From: an uncultured Thalassospiraceae bacterium
Lineage (GTDB): Bacteria > Pseudomonadota > Alphaproteobacteria > Rhodospirillales > JABHCV01
Reading direction: 5' to 3'
DNA length: 24,000 nucleotides
Assembly: GCA_964655005.1 (NCBI GenBank)
Contig: CAZZKE010000016.1
Coordinates: 1-24,000, forward strand
Shown: piece by piece, positions 14,341-23,852 of the stretch
How the letters are laid out: every line of letters starts with the position of its first letter
How positions within the stretch are numbered: the stretch's first letter is position 1
Notes under the pieces: model-generated
Database searches by the model: none
Told to the model about the DNA's origin: nothing
What the model saw: the letters and a program-made list of their open reading frames with translations, nothing else
Made by a program: the position numbers and the translations under genes

Positions 14341-16500
14341 ATGAACAGGGCCGAACGTCGCCGCCAGAAAAAAATAGCGAACAAGAAGGCCGGCGGCGGC
14401 CTGCTGCAAAAGGCGCTGGCCGATTTTCAGGCCGGAAAATACGACGCGGCGATAAAAAAATGCGGCGCCGTTTTGGCGGCGCAACCGGACAACGCCGACG
14501 CCCACCATCTGACCGGGGTTTGCGCCCATCGTCAGGGCGATTTCGCGGCCGCCGAACGGCATATCGGCGAAGCCGTCGCGGCGGCTCCGGAGCGGGCGGA
14601 TTATCACAATAATCTGGGCCATGTGTACAAGGATACCAGGCGTCCGGAAGAAGCCCTTGCGGCCCATGAAAGCGCCTTGGCATGCGATCCGGCAAGGGTC
14701 GATAGCCATTGCAATCTGGCCCTGATTCTGGATGCGCTTGGCCGTCACGACGAAGCCGCCGGATATTTCGAAAGCGCGCTGGCGCTCGACCCCGATCATA
14801 CGGCGGCGCTGGCCGGTTATGGCAACATGCTGGTAAATCTGAAGCAATTCGACCGGGCCATAAGTTGCCTCCGCCGGGTTATCGAAATCGTCCCCGGCTT
14901 CGCCGGCGGTTACGTCAATCTGGGCAATGCGCTCAAGGATCAGGGGGAACCGGCGGCGGCGATAGAAATATACGGGCTGGCCGTTGATCTTGCCCCGGAA
15001 TTGGTCGAGGCGCATTCGAATATGACCCTGGCGTACGGTATCCTCGGGCGGCTGGACGAAGCCCTGGCGAGTATTGCCAGGACCTTGCGGATCGACCCGG
15101 ACATGGCCCAGGCGTGGCACGATCTGACAAACCTGCTGATCGTCGGAAAATCCTTGCCGGAAGGTATCTGCGACCGGCCACAGGCGGCGGGTAACTGCGC
15201 CCTGCTCGAATTGGCGCTGGCCGCCGAACACGGGTCGCCGGCGGCCCAGGACGCCTTCGCCGGGGCGACGGCGGTGTTGCGGACCGGGTCCGGAAAACCC
15301 GCTTGCGGCATTGACGGCGAATGGCGCGATCCGGTGGCACTGCTTCATTTCGGGCGCAGCGGAAGCGGACTGATACACAGCCTCATAGATAACCATCCGC
15401 AGGTATCTTCACCGCCCAGTATTTATTTGAAAGGCTATTTCGAATCCGGAGTCTGGGAAGAACTGTTTGCGGAAGGGCGGCAAGGACTGCCCGAAAGGTT
15501 CGTCAGGATGTTCGCGGTGCTGTTCGATGCCACCGATCCTTCGCCGGTGCCGGGCCTGATGAACGAGGATAACTCCTCGCTTGGCCTGAAAGAGGGGATG
15601 ACGACCGTCGGTCGGGGGCATGACGAAAAACTGCGGGTCGACCGCGACGTCTTCTGTGCGGCGGCGCATGACATGATCGGGCGATCCGATGGCGTCGATG
15701 CCGGCGGCTTCTTTCGGATCGTGTTTCGGGCCTATGAAGCGGCGCTTGGCAATGACAAGCAAAACCCGCTGCCTTTTTATCATATCCACAATCCGGGATG
15801 GTATGGCCGGGTAAATTTTCTGCGCTGTTTCCCGGAGGCAAGATTGATGATGATGGTTCGCGAACCGGTGCAATCGTGCGAATCATGGATTCGTGAGGAT
15901 TTCAAAAACAATAATTACCCCGCCATCACCGGCAAAATCGCCGCGATGCTGTTTGATGTCGATCGCCCGGAATTCGCCCGGACCGATAACCTGGGCGTCC
16001 GCCTGGAAGATCTGAAAATCAGGCCCGAACAAACCATCGCCGGGTTATGCCGATGGCTGGACATCGAGGAAACCCGGTCACTTTATGAGATGACCGCCCA
16101 GGGCAAGATGTGGTGGGGCGATCCGACCAGCGCCGATTTCGACCGGGAAAAACCCATGCCGCCGTTCGACAGGGCGTCAATTGAACGCCCGGTCGGAATG
16201 ATCTTCAGCGAACGTGATCGGTTCGTGTTGAATACCCTGTATTACCCGTTCCGGGTCAGGTTCGGCTATGCCGGGGCGGACCCGGAGGGGTTCGCCCGCG
16301 ACCTGCAAGCGATCCGCCCGATGCTGGATGGTTTGCTGGATATCGAACGAACGCTGGCCGAACGGGTTGGCCGGGATGAAAAAATTTTCAGGCGGCAGAG
16401 CGACTGCCGGCTGCTGCGGGCGCGAATGAAAAATCGCTGGACCCTGCTCGACCGCCGCGGCGATTACCCGGACATGCTGACGCCACTGTCCCTGACTTAG
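14341..16500 (+). CDS. TPR-repeat protein with C-terminal sulfotransferase-like domain
   Basis: ORF 14296..16500 (GTG). I prefer the ATG at 14341 (MNRAERRRQKK...). At least 7 TPR-like 34-mers occur, e.g. AHHLTGVCAHRQGDFAAAERHIGEAVAAAPERAD and YHNNLGHVYKDTRRPEEALAAHESALACDP. The C-terminal half carries a PAPS-loop-like LLHFGRSGSGLIHSLIDNHPQV and a 3'-phosphate motif-like MMVREPVQSCES. Confidence 0.8.
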   Translation: MNRAERRRQKKIANKKAGGGLLQKALADFQAGKYDAAIKKCGAVLAAQPDNADAHHLTGVCAHRQGDFAAAERHIGEAVAAAPERADYHNNLGHVYKDTRRPEEALAAHESALACDPARVDSHCNLALILDALGRHDEAAGYFESALALDPDHTAALAGYGNMLVNLKQFDRAISCLRRVIEIVPGFAGGYVNLGNALKDQGEPAAAIEIYGLAVDLAPELVEAHSNMTLAYGILGRLDEALASIARTLRIDPDMAQAWHDLTNLLIVGKSLPEGICDRPQAAGNCALLELALAAEHGSPAAQDAFAGATAVLRTGSGKPACGIDGEWRDPVALLHFGRSGSGLIHSLIDNHPQVSSPPSIYLKGYFESGVWEELFAEGRQGLPERFVRMFAVLFDATDPSPVPGLMNEDNSSLGLKEGMTTVGRGHDEKLRVDRDVFCAAAHDMIGRSDGVDAGGFFRIVFRAYEAALGNDKQNPLPFYHIHNPGWYGRVNFLRCFPEARLMMMVREPVQSCESWIREDFKNNNYPAITGKIAAMLFDVDRPEFARTDNLGVRLEDLKIRPEQTIAGLCRWLDIEETRSLYEMTAQGKMWWGDPTSADFDREKPMPPFDRASIERPVGMIFSERDRFVLNTLYYPFRVRFGYAGADPEGFARDLQAIRPMLDGLLDIERTLAERVGRDEKIFRRQSDCRLLRARMKNRWTLLDRRGDYPDMLTPLSLT

Positions 16501-16511
16501 AGTATCCGGTC

Positions 16512-16541
16512 AAAAAAAAGGCGGGACCCGAAAGTCCCGCC
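16512..16541. terminator. Rho-independent terminator between convergent gap and the TPR gene (strongest for gap)
   Basis: AAAAAAAA-GGCGGGAC-ccgaaa-GTCCCGCC. On the minus strand the 8-bp GC stem is followed by T8. On the plus strand it is followed by gattctttc. Confidence 0.75.
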
Positions 16542-16562
16542 GATTCTTTCTGCAATTTGGTA

Positions 16563-17570
16563 TCAGGCGTTCATCATCGCAACCGCAGTGTCGGACATGC
16601 GGTTAGAGAAGCCCCATTCGTTGTCGTACCAGGTCAGGATGCGCACGAAGTCGCCGCCCATGACCCTGGTTTCCGGGGCCGCGAAGAACGAACTGTACGA
16701 GCTGTGATTGTAATCGGTCGAAACCAGTGGCAATTCGGTGTAACCAAGAATGCCTTTCAGGCGGTCGGTTTCGCTGGCTTCCTTGATCGCCGCGTTGATT
16801 TCCTCGACCGAGGTCTGGCGCTTGGTGTTGAAACACAGATCGACCACCGAGACGTTCGGTGTCGGCACCCGCATGGCGACGCCATCCAGCTTGCCGTTTA
16901 ATTCCGGCAATACCAGGCCGACGGCCTTGGCGGCGCCGGTCGAGGCCGGAATGATATTCAGCGAAGCGGCGCGCGCCCGGCCAAGATCGGAATGCAGGGT
17001 ATCGACCGTGCGCTGGTCGCCGGTAAACGAGTGCACCGTGGTCATGAAGCCTTTTTCGATGCCCACCAGCCTGTTCAGCACGTCGGCTACCGGCGACAGG
17101 CAGTTGGTCGTGCAGGACGCGTTGGAAACCACCGTGTGGCCGGCTTCCAGCTTATGGTCGTTAACGCCGTAAACGACGGTCAGGTCGGCGCCGGCGGCGG
17201 GGGCGGAAACCAGAACCTTCTTGGCGCCGGCGCCCAGATGCACGGAAGCCTTTTCCTTGGCGGTAAAGATGCCGGTACATTCGTAGACAACATCGACGCC
17301 CAGATCGCCCCACGGCAGCGCCGACGGGTCGCGTTCGGCGGTGACTTTGATGTCGCCGCGTCCGACATTCATGGTGTCGCCGGTAACGGTAACGTCGGCC
17401 GGCAGCACGCCGTGCACCGAATCATATTTCAGCAAATGGGCGTTGGCTTCCGCCGAGCCCAGGTCGTTGATGCCGACCACGTCTATATCCGTGCGACCCG
17501 ATTCGACCAGTGCCCGAAATGTCAGACGACCGATTCGGCCAAAACCGTTAATTGCTACCCGTACCGCCAT
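16563..17570 (-). CDS. gap: Glyceraldehyde-3-phosphate dehydrogenase, type I
   Basis: ORF 16563..17624, trimmed to the ATG at 17570: MAVRVAINGFGRIGRLTFRAL. The active site SNASCTTNCL and the motif WYDNEWGFSNRM are present. Confidence 0.96.
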   Translation of the reverse strand: MAVRVAINGFGRIGRLTFRALVESGRTDIDVVGINDLGSAEANAHLLKYDSVHGVLPADVTVTGDTMNVGRGDIKVTAERDPSALPWGDLGVDVVYECTGIFTAKEKASVHLGAGAKKVLVSAPAAGADLTVVYGVNDHKLEAGHTVVSNASCTTNCLSPVADVLNRLVGIEKGFMTTVHSFTGDQRTVDTLHSDLGRARAASLNIIPASTGAAKAVGLVLPELNGKLDGVAMRVPTPNVSVVDLCFNTKRQTSVEEINAAIKEASETDRLKGILGYTELPLVSTDYNHSSYSSFFAAPETRVMGGDFVRILTWYDNEWGFSNRMSDTAVAMMNA

Positions 17571-17983
17571 AATATCCCTCCATGTGACCGTGACCGGCCC
17601 GTAAATAAAAAAGCGCCGGGACAATAATGGCAGTCTCCGGTGCAGTGCCCGATGTTCTTATCATAAAGTCCGGGACCAGGATAACACCCCGGCGGGGGGC
17701 GTACCCTCACCCTATCGGGTGGGGCCTGGGCGTGTGATCCCCGGATGACGCGGAACGCCGAATAATGCGCAACATTGATTGGATGGGGTCTGTCGTCAAT
17801 GGCAATTTTGTGCCGATTGTCCCGACCGGTGGGTAGACGTTAGCCAAACAATCCCCAATGGGTTGTTGACGCGGCAAAGCCGCCAAGCATATTCTTGTTG
17901 GCGATACAGGCTGTTATGGGGCTCTTTTCAGGGGCTGCATGATATTGTCTGCGGCATTTCATCCACTGGTACGACTTGGCATT

Positions 17984-18235
17984 ATGATGAGCACTACCGG
18001 TAAGCGGCATATATCGAAGTCTTCGCAAGTCGATCGCGCCCGGGCGCGGCTGGAGGAAGCGGTGGCGCGGCTGGACCGGGCGTTATCGAACAGGGCCGAA
18101 CCGTCGCCCGACCGGTCGGGCGATGACCTGGCGGCGCTGCAGGCCGAAAACGCCAGTTTGCGGGAAACCACCCGCGCCGTTTCGGGGCGACTGGAACAAA
18201 CCATCGGCAAACTCAAATCCGTCTTGGAAAGCTAG
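17984..18235 (+). CDS. DUF4164-like small coiled-coil protein upstream of zapA
   Basis: ORF 17939..18235; likely start at ATG 17984 or 17987 (MMSTTGKRH...RARARLEEAVARLDRAL...LQAENASLRE...LEQTIGKLKSVLES). A coiled-coil protein just 5' of zapA is the usual alphaproteobacterial arrangement. Confidence 0.6.
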   Translation: MMSTTGKRHISKSSQVDRARARLEEAVARLDRALSNRAEPSPDRSGDDLAALQAENASLRETTRAVSGRLEQTIGKLKSVLES

Positions 18236-18242
18236 GGGGGGC

Positions 18243-18575
18243 ATGGCCCAGGTTTCGGTCACCATAAACGAACGCAGATACCAGATCACCTGCGAGGACG
18301 GTCAGGAGGCGCACCTGACACGGCTGGGTGATTATGTCGATAAACGCCTGGGCGAACTGGTCGCCGCCGTCGGTCAGGTCGGTGATGCCCAATTACTGGT
18401 AATGGTCAGCCTGTTGGTTACCGACGAGTTGTCGGACCTGTACGCCGAGATGGAGGTTCTCAAGTCCGACGAGGGCGCCGCCGCCCGGCTGGACGCCGAA
18501 GAAGGGCTCGGCAACAGCATCGATCAACTGGCCGAACGCATTGAGAAAATCGCCGAAAGCCTCGAAGGTCACTAG
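18243..18575 (+). CDS. zapA: Cell division protein ZapA
   Basis: Taken from ORF 18123..18575 using the ATG at 18243: MAQVSVTINERRYQITCEDGQEAHLTRLGDYVDKRLGEL......DAQLLVMVSLLVTDEL, a typical ZapA N-terminal domain followed by a C-terminal helix. Confidence 0.85.
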   Translation: MAQVSVTINERRYQITCEDGQEAHLTRLGDYVDKRLGELVAAVGQVGDAQLLVMVSLLVTDELSDLYAEMEVLKSDEGAAARLDAEEGLGNSIDQLAERIEKIAESLEGH

Positions 18576-18608
18576 ACGTAGGCCCTGATCGGCCCTAGAT
18601 ATGGTTAA

Positions 18609-18774
18609 GGAACGGTGGCTGCGGGCCTCGTCAGGCCACGACATCCCTGGGGCCAATATCCATCTCCAGGGAGCTGCCTCTGTCAGGCTCGTGGGCCTGG
18701 CACGCGGCACCCACCTGCAACAGCAGGCCACGGAGGATTACTGGCCAACGACCCTGTGGCGCCGTTCCGTTTTT
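18609..18774 (+). ncRNA. ssrS: 6S RNA (SsrS), RNA polymerase-sigma70 sequestering RNA
   Basis: It sits in the 225-bp non-coding gap in the conserved zapA-ssrS-ygfA position. The 5' GGAACGGUGGCUGCGGG pairs with the 3' CCCUGUGGCGCCGUUCC to form a long closing stem. There is an internal hairpin UCCCUGG...CCAGGGA. It ends in GUUUUUAAAUUUUUUU. Boundaries are approximate (+/-10 nt). Confidence 0.68.
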
Positions 18775-18800
18775 AAATTTTTTTCAGATAACTCCCTTCC

Positions 18801-19394
18801 ATGAATTTAACCGACAGCAAAACGGCATTCAGACTCACGGCGCGTCAGCGTCGCCGGGCGGTCGGCCTGGAAAACGGGCGGGATGCCGCGCTCGCCGTGG
18901 TCGAACGTGGCCTGGCCGGAATCGCCGTTATCCGGGGGAAGGAACCGCCGGGCGTCGTCGCGGGCTATCTGGCCATGGGTTCGGAACTGGATGCCGGGCC
19001 GCTGATGAAGGGGCTGACCGCGCGGGGCTGGTCGCTGGCCCTGCCGGTAGTCACGGCGCCCGAAACGCCGCTGGATTTTCGCCGCTGGCGGCAAGGCGAC
19101 GATATGGACAAAGGGTCGCTGGGCATAAGCCAGCCCGTCAAGGAGGCGCCCGATGTGCGGCCCGATGTGGTGCTGGCGCCCTTGCTGGCGTTTGATGACG
19201 ACGGCTACCGGCTGGGTCAGGGCGGCGGTTTCTATGACCGGACGCTGGCCGGCTGGCGGGCCGAAGGCCCCAGGGTCACGGTGTTGGGCCTGGCCTTCGC
19301 CGCGCAACGGGTCGAGGCCGTGCCGCGCGATAATTTTGACCAGCGCCTGGACGGCATGATCACGGAACTCGGTTTTTGGTTCTTTGACACATGA
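18801..19394 (+). CDS. ygfA: 5-formyltetrahydrofolate cyclo-ligase
   Basis: 197 aa with the family motif VLAPLLAFDDDGYRLGQGGGFYDRTL. It lies immediately downstream of the 6S RNA, as in E. coli. Confidence 0.87.
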   Translation: MNLTDSKTAFRLTARQRRRAVGLENGRDAALAVVERGLAGIAVIRGKEPPGVVAGYLAMGSELDAGPLMKGLTARGWSLALPVVTAPETPLDFRRWRQGDDMDKGSLGISQPVKEAPDVRPDVVLAPLLAFDDDGYRLGQGGGFYDRTLAGWRAEGPRVTVLGLAFAAQRVEAVPRDNFDQRLDGMITELGFWFFDT

Positions 19395-20206
19395 AAATTC
19401 TCTGCTGCGGCGATGTGGTCGGTAAAAGCGGTCGCCAGGTGATCCTCGATCATATCCCGGAATTGCGCCGCCGCCTGAAACTGGATTTCGTTCTGGTCAA
19501 CGGCGAAAACGCCGCCCACGGTTTTGGTATTACCGGCAAGATCTGCCAATCGTTCTATGACGCCGGCGTCGATGCCATCACCACCGGCAATCATGTCTGG
19601 GATCAGCGCGAAATCATGAACTATATCGACGGCGACCCGCGTCTGCTGCGTCCGCTCAACTATCCCAAGGGCACGCCGGGCAGGGGCAGCGCGGTTATCG
19701 GGGCGTCCGGCGGACGCAAGGTGCTGGTCGTTCATCCCATGGGACGATTGTTCATGGAACCGCTCGACGATCCGTTTTTCGGCGTTGACAAGGCGCTGGC
19801 CGGGCACCAATTGGGCGAGACGGTGGATGCCGTTATCGTCGATATGCACGCCGACATCACCAGCGAGAAAATGGCCATGGGGCATTACTGCGACGGTCGG
19901 GTATCGGCGGTCGTCGGCACCCATTCCCATGTGCCGACCGCCGACGCCCAGGTGCTGCCCGGCGGCACCGCCTATCAGACCGATATGGGAATGTGTGGCG
20001 ACTACGATTCGGTGATCGGCATGGTCAAGGAAACGGCGATCGCCCGCTTTACTTCGAAAATGCCGACCGGCCGGCTGGCCCCGGCGGAAGGGGACGGAAC
20101 GCTGTGCGGCGTATATATCGAAACCGACGACAAAACCGGCCTGGCCGGGCGCATCGAACCGGTGCGGCTGGGCGGGCGGCTGGCGGAAACGGTTCCGGTA
20201 ATCTAG
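19391..20206 (+). CDS. YmdB-like metallophosphoesterase (TIGR00282 family, 2',3'-cyclic-nucleotide phosphodiesterase-like)
   Basis: MKILCCGDVVGKSGRQV....LP.LR.....DFVLVNGENAAHGFGIT.....FYDAGVDAITTGNHVWDQ matches the YmdB family. An ATGA start/stop overlap with ygfA suggests translational coupling. Confidence 0.85.
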   Translation: MKILCCGDVVGKSGRQVILDHIPELRRRLKLDFVLVNGENAAHGFGITGKICQSFYDAGVDAITTGNHVWDQREIMNYIDGDPRLLRPLNYPKGTPGRGSAVIGASGGRKVLVVHPMGRLFMEPLDDPFFGVDKALAGHQLGETVDAVIVDMHADITSEKMAMGHYCDGRVSAVVGTHSHVPTADAQVLPGGTAYQTDMGMCGDYDSVIGMVKETAIARFTSKMPTGRLAPAEGDGTLCGVYIETDDKTGLAGRIEPVRLGGRLAETVPVI

Positions 20207-20488
20207 CCGCCGGTAAAATCGCCTTCCCCGGGTGCGCGAAACCCGAACCGTGATCCCGCACTGGCGGGGATGATGATATTTGTGATGGTTTCCGAAGTAT
20301 TTTCAGCGGCTGCCGCCGGTCATAAATAGGCTGTATATTTCCGCCCAAATCCTGCCATATTGCGCTGCTATTGCTTGGGGTCTTGAAGATGTCGTCTTCG
20401 GATCCCTAAATTGTGCGTCTTTTCGCAAGATATGGTATAAAGGCGCGGCAACACCCACCGGATTTTCCGAAACTGAACGAACGAGATT

Positions 20489-21238
20489 ATGGCAGGCCAT
20501 TCCAAATTTAAGAACATCATGCACCGCAAGGGGGCCCAGGACGCGAAGCGCGCCAAGGTTTTCGCCAAACACATCCGCGAGTTGACCGTCGCCGCCAAGA
20601 CCGGCCTGCCGGACCCGGATATGAATCCGCGTCTGCGCACCGCCATCGCGGCGGCCAAGGCGGTCAACATGCCCAAGGACAATATGGAACGGGCCATCAA
20701 GAAGGGCGCCGGAGGGGGCGACGATACCAATTTCGAGGAAGTCCGCTACGAAGGATATGGGCCGGGCGGCGTCGCCGTTATCGTCGAGACGCTGACCGAT
20801 AACCGCAACCGCACGGCTTCGGACATTCGCACCGTATTCAATAAACACGGCGGCAATCTGGGCGAGACGGGCAGCGTCGGGTTCATGTTCGAACGGGTCG
20901 GCCTGATCGAATATCCCGCCGCCGTAACCGATGCCGACACGATGTTCGAGGCGGCGCTGGAGGCCGGCGCCGGCGATGTCAATTCCGGCGACGACGGCCA
21001 TGAAATTATCTGCGCCGCCGATGATCTGGGGGCCGTGCGGGATGTCCTGGAGGCGAAATTCGGGGCACCGGACGCGGCCCGGCTGGACTGGAAACCGCAG
21101 ACCACGACCGAGGTCGATGAAAGCGCCGCCGAAACCCTGTTCAAGTTTCTCGATGCGCTGGACGATAACGACGATGTCCAGCGGGTCGCCGCCAATTTTG
21201 AAATTTCCGATGAAATCATGGAGCGTTTAAGCGCATAA
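20489..21238 (+). CDS. yebC: YebC/PmpR family DNA-binding transcriptional regulator
   Basis: [60 protein letters not shown] is the invariant YebC N-terminus. Confidence 0.95.
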   Translation: MAGHSKFKNIMHRKGAQDAKRAKVFAKHIRELTVAAKTGLPDPDMNPRLRTAIAAAKAVNMPKDNMERAIKKGAGGGDDTNFEEVRYEGYGPGGVAVIVETLTDNRNRTASDIRTVFNKHGGNLGETGSVGFMFERVGLIEYPAAVTDADTMFEAALEAGAGDVNSGDDGHEIICAADDLGAVRDVLEAKFGAPDAARLDWKPQTTTEVDESAAETLFKFLDALDDNDDVQRVAANFEISDEIMERLSA

Positions 21239-21261
21239 ATGGCGATGAATGACCGATTGAC

Positions 21262-21759
21262 ATGAGATTGCTCGGACTGGACCCGGGGCTGCGCAAAACC
21301 GGTTGGGGCGTCATCGAATGCGACGGCTACCGTTTAAGCCACGTCGCCAATGGCGTCGTGAGCGTGCCTTCCGGTCCGTCGCTGGCCGAGCGTCTGGCCC
21401 GGCTGCATGAAGGGCTGGCCGCCGTCGTCGAGCGCTATCGACCGACCGAGGCGGCGGTCGAGGAGACCTTTGTCAACCGCAATCCGGCCTCGACCCTGAA
21501 ACTGGGGCAGGCCCGCGGCGTTGTTTTGCTGGTCCCGGCCCAGGCCGGGCTCATGGTCGCCGAATATACTCCCAACATGGTCAAGAAGGCGGTGGTCGGG
21601 GCCGGCCATGCGGCCAAGGGGCAGGTCCAGATGATGGTCTCGACCCTGCTGCCCGGTGTCGAGTTGGCCGGCGCCGATTCGGCGGACGCACTGGCCGTCG
21701 CCATTTGCCACGCCCATCACCGCCAGACGGCGGCATATCTGAAGGCGGCCACGGGATGA
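21262..21759 (+). CDS. ruvC: Holliday junction resolvase RuvC
   Basis: [19 protein letters not shown]... and the C-terminal [13 protein letters not shown] are characteristic of RuvC. Confidence 0.95.
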   Translation: MRLLGLDPGLRKTGWGVIECDGYRLSHVANGVVSVPSGPSLAERLARLHEGLAAVVERYRPTEAAVEETFVNRNPASTLKLGQARGVVLLVPAQAGLMVAEYTPNMVKKAVVGAGHAAKGQVQMMVSTLLPGVELAGADSADALAVAICHAHHRQTAAYLKAATG

Positions 21760-22391
21760 TCGCGAAATTGACCGGCATTATCGATTCGACCGGTGACGGC
21801 TGGGCGGTAATCGATGTCTCGGGCGTCGGTTATCTGGTTCATTGTTCGGCCCGCACGCTCGGTCGGCTGGGCGCGGGGGAGGCCGCCTCGCTGGTAATCG
21901 AGACGCATGTCCGCGAAGATCATATTCATTTGTACGGTTTTCTGGAGCAATCGGAGCGGACCTGGTTCGGGTTGTTAACCACGGTACAGGGTGTCGGGGC
22001 CAAGGTGGCGCTGGGTATCCTGTCGAGCCTGAGCGGTGATGAACTGGTTCAGGCGATTGCCGCCGGCGATAAGGCGATGATTACCCGGGCGCCGGGTGTG
22101 GGGCCGAAACTGGCGGTCCGGTTGCTGACGGAACTGAAAGACAAGGTCGCGGCCCAAGCCTTGGGGCCGGCGGCGACAAGCGCCGGCGGCATAACATCGG
22201 CGGATACCTCCGGGGTCCTGGGTGAAGCGGTCTCGGCCCTGGTCAATCTGGGGTACAGCGCGTCCGATGCGTTCTCGGCGGTATCCCGGGCCGCCGCCGG
22301 ACGGCAGGAAGAACCGCCCTTGCCCGACCTGATCCGGGCCGGGCTTAGCGAATTAATGCCGGGCAATGTCGATTACGGGAAACACGGCTGA
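21756..22391 (+). CDS. ruvA: Holliday junction branch migration complex subunit RuvA
   Basis: ORF 21705..22391, trimmed to the ATG at 21756 (ATGA overlap with the ruvC stop): [31 protein letters not shown], with HhH motifs [14 protein letters not shown] and [12 protein letters not shown]. Confidence 0.95.
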   Translation: MIAKLTGIIDSTGDGWAVIDVSGVGYLVHCSARTLGRLGAGEAASLVIETHVREDHIHLYGFLEQSERTWFGLLTTVQGVGAKVALGILSSLSGDELVQAIAAGDKAMITRAPGVGPKLAVRLLTELKDKVAAQALGPAATSAGGITSADTSGVLGEAVSALVNLGYSASDAFSAVSRAAAGRQEEPPLPDLIRAGLSELMPGNVDYGKHG

Positions 22392-23431
22392 TGAACGACC
22401 AGCGCGTCATTACCCCGCAGGATACCGGCGAGGACCAGGCCGACCCGGGACTGCGGCCGCGTACGCTGGCCGATTTCGTCGGTCAGCGGCAGGTTCGGCA
22501 AAACCTGTCGGTGTTCATCCAGGCCTCCCGCTCGCGTGGCGAGGCGCTGGATCATGTCCTGTTTTACGGGCCGCCGGGGCTCGGCAAGACGACGCTGGCG
22601 CACATCGCCGCCAATGAACTGGGGGTCGGTTTCCGCGCCACCTCGGGGCCGGTGATCGCCAAGGCCGGCGACCTGGCGGCGATCCTGACCAATTTGCAGC
22701 CGCGCGATGTGCTGTTTATCGACGAAATCCACCGTCTCAACCCGGTGGTAGAGGAAATTCTCTACCCGGCAATGGAAGATTTTCAGCTTGATCTGATTAT
22801 CGGCGAAGGCCCGGCGGCGCGCTCGGTGCGCATTGATCTGCCGAAGTTTACCCTGATCGGGGCAACCACCCGCTCGGGGCTGTTGACGACGCCGCTGCGC
22901 GAGCGCTTCGGCATTCCCCTGCGGGTGGAATTCTATGAGGCCGATGAACTGCAACGCATCGTCAGCCGGGCGGCCCGCATACTCGATCTGGAAATAACCC
23001 CCGACGGGGCCGCCGAAATCGCCAGGCGGGCGCGCGGCACGCCGCGGGTCGCCGGTCGGCTATTGCGCCGGGTCAGAGATTTCGCGCTCGTCGATGGGGC
23101 GCTTGAAGTCAGCAAGGAAATCGCCGGCCTGGCCCTGAACCGGCTGGAAGTCGATGGCGCCGGGCTCGACGCCATGGACCGCCGCTACCTGAACAGCATC
23201 GCCGAAAATTACGGCGGCGGTCCGGTCGGTGTGGAAACCATGGCCGCCGCCTTGTCCGAGCAGCGCGACACCATCGAAGAGGTCATCGAACCTTACCTGA
23301 TCCAGCAGGGCCTGTTGATGCGCACCCCACGGGGCCGGGCGCTGACGCCAAGGGCCTACGATCATTTGGGCCTGGTCCAGCCGGCCCACCCGACCCAGTT
23401 GGAGCTGGTGGCGGATGGCGCCGATGAATAA
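22391..23431 (+). CDS. ruvB: Holliday junction branch migration DNA helicase RuvB
   Basis: [12 protein letters not shown], Walker [12 protein letters not shown], Walker [10 protein letters not shown], and [17 protein letters not shown] are all present. TGATG start/stop overlap with ruvA. Confidence 0.97.
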   Translation: MNDQRVITPQDTGEDQADPGLRPRTLADFVGQRQVRQNLSVFIQASRSRGEALDHVLFYGPPGLGKTTLAHIAANELGVGFRATSGPVIAKAGDLAAILTNLQPRDVLFIDEIHRLNPVVEEILYPAMEDFQLDLIIGEGPAARSVRIDLPKFTLIGATTRSGLLTTPLRERFGIPLRVEFYEADELQRIVSRAARILDLEITPDGAAEIARRARGTPRVAGRLLRRVRDFALVDGALEVSKEIAGLALNRLEVDGAGLDAMDRRYLNSIAENYGGGPVGVETMAAALSEQRDTIEEVIEPYLIQQGLLMRTPRGRALTPRAYDHLGLVQPAHPTQLELVADGADE

Positions 23432-23849
23432 TACCGGGGCCGTCCATGTTTTGCCGCTGCGCGTTTATTACGAAGACACCGACGCCGCAGGCATCGTCTA
23501 TTATGCCAATTATCTTAAATTCGCCGAGCGTGGGCGCAGCGAGCTTTTGCGCGATATAGGCATCGAAAGCAAGAACCTGCGCGCCGATCACGGCATCCAG
23601 CTGGTGGTCAGGAACTGCACTGTCGATTATTTCAGGCCGGCCGGCCTGGACGATCAAATCGAAGTCCACACCCGGGTCGTCAGAGTCGGCGGGGCCTCCA
23701 TGCAAGGCGATCAGCGGGTCATGCGCGGGGCCGAGGAACTGGTTCGCATCAATATCCGGATCGCCTGCTACGGCGACGATGGAAAAACCGCGCGAATGCC
23801 GGACGAATTGCGCTCGAAACTAAATAAACTTTGTCTAACAGAAGAGTGA
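23415..23849 (+). CDS. ybgC: Tol-Pal system-associated acyl-CoA thioesterase YbgC
   Basis: [32 protein letters not shown] is the YbgC hotdog signature. It lies directly upstream of tolQ. The start is ATG 23415 or 23424; both overlap the ruvB 3' end. Confidence 0.85.
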   Translation: MAPMNNTGAVHVLPLRVYYEDTDAAGIVYYANYLKFAERGRSELLRDIGIESKNLRADHGIQLVVRNCTVDYFRPAGLDDQIEVHTRVVRVGGASMQGDQRVMRGAEELVRINIRIACYGDDGKTARMPDELRSKLNKLCLTEE

Positions 23850-23852
23850 ATA

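Noticed and set aside
14275-15396. 373-aa ORF on the minus strand, antisense to the TPR gene
   Set aside because: Arg/Gly/Pro/Gln-rich composition with no recognisable motifs. It lies fully inside a plus-strand ORF that shows clear TPR periodicity. This is a typical shadow ORF of GC-rich DNA.
18601-18804. 67-aa plus-strand ORF between zapA and ygfA
   Set aside because: It coincides with the predicted 6S RNA. The sequence looks random, it has no SD, and it overlaps the ygfA start.
19232-19930. 232-aa antisense ORF across ygfA and the YmdB-like gene. Analogous antisense ORFs occur at 20303..21001 (yebC), 22373..22954 (ruvB), 8954..9703 (MotB-like), 4349..5095 (cyclase), 16992..17627 (gap), 11565..12194 (suhB) and 13661..14326 (thiE/hypothetical)
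   Set aside because: Each is antisense to a gene with strong family motifs. Each has the biased Arg/Gly/Ala/Pro/Gln composition expected from the reverse frame of GC-rich coding DNA.
20253-20280. Possible terminator hairpin after the YmdB-like gene (atcccgc-actg-gcgggga)
   Set aside because: Only about 5 bp pair cleanly, and no proper U tract follows. This is too weak to call.
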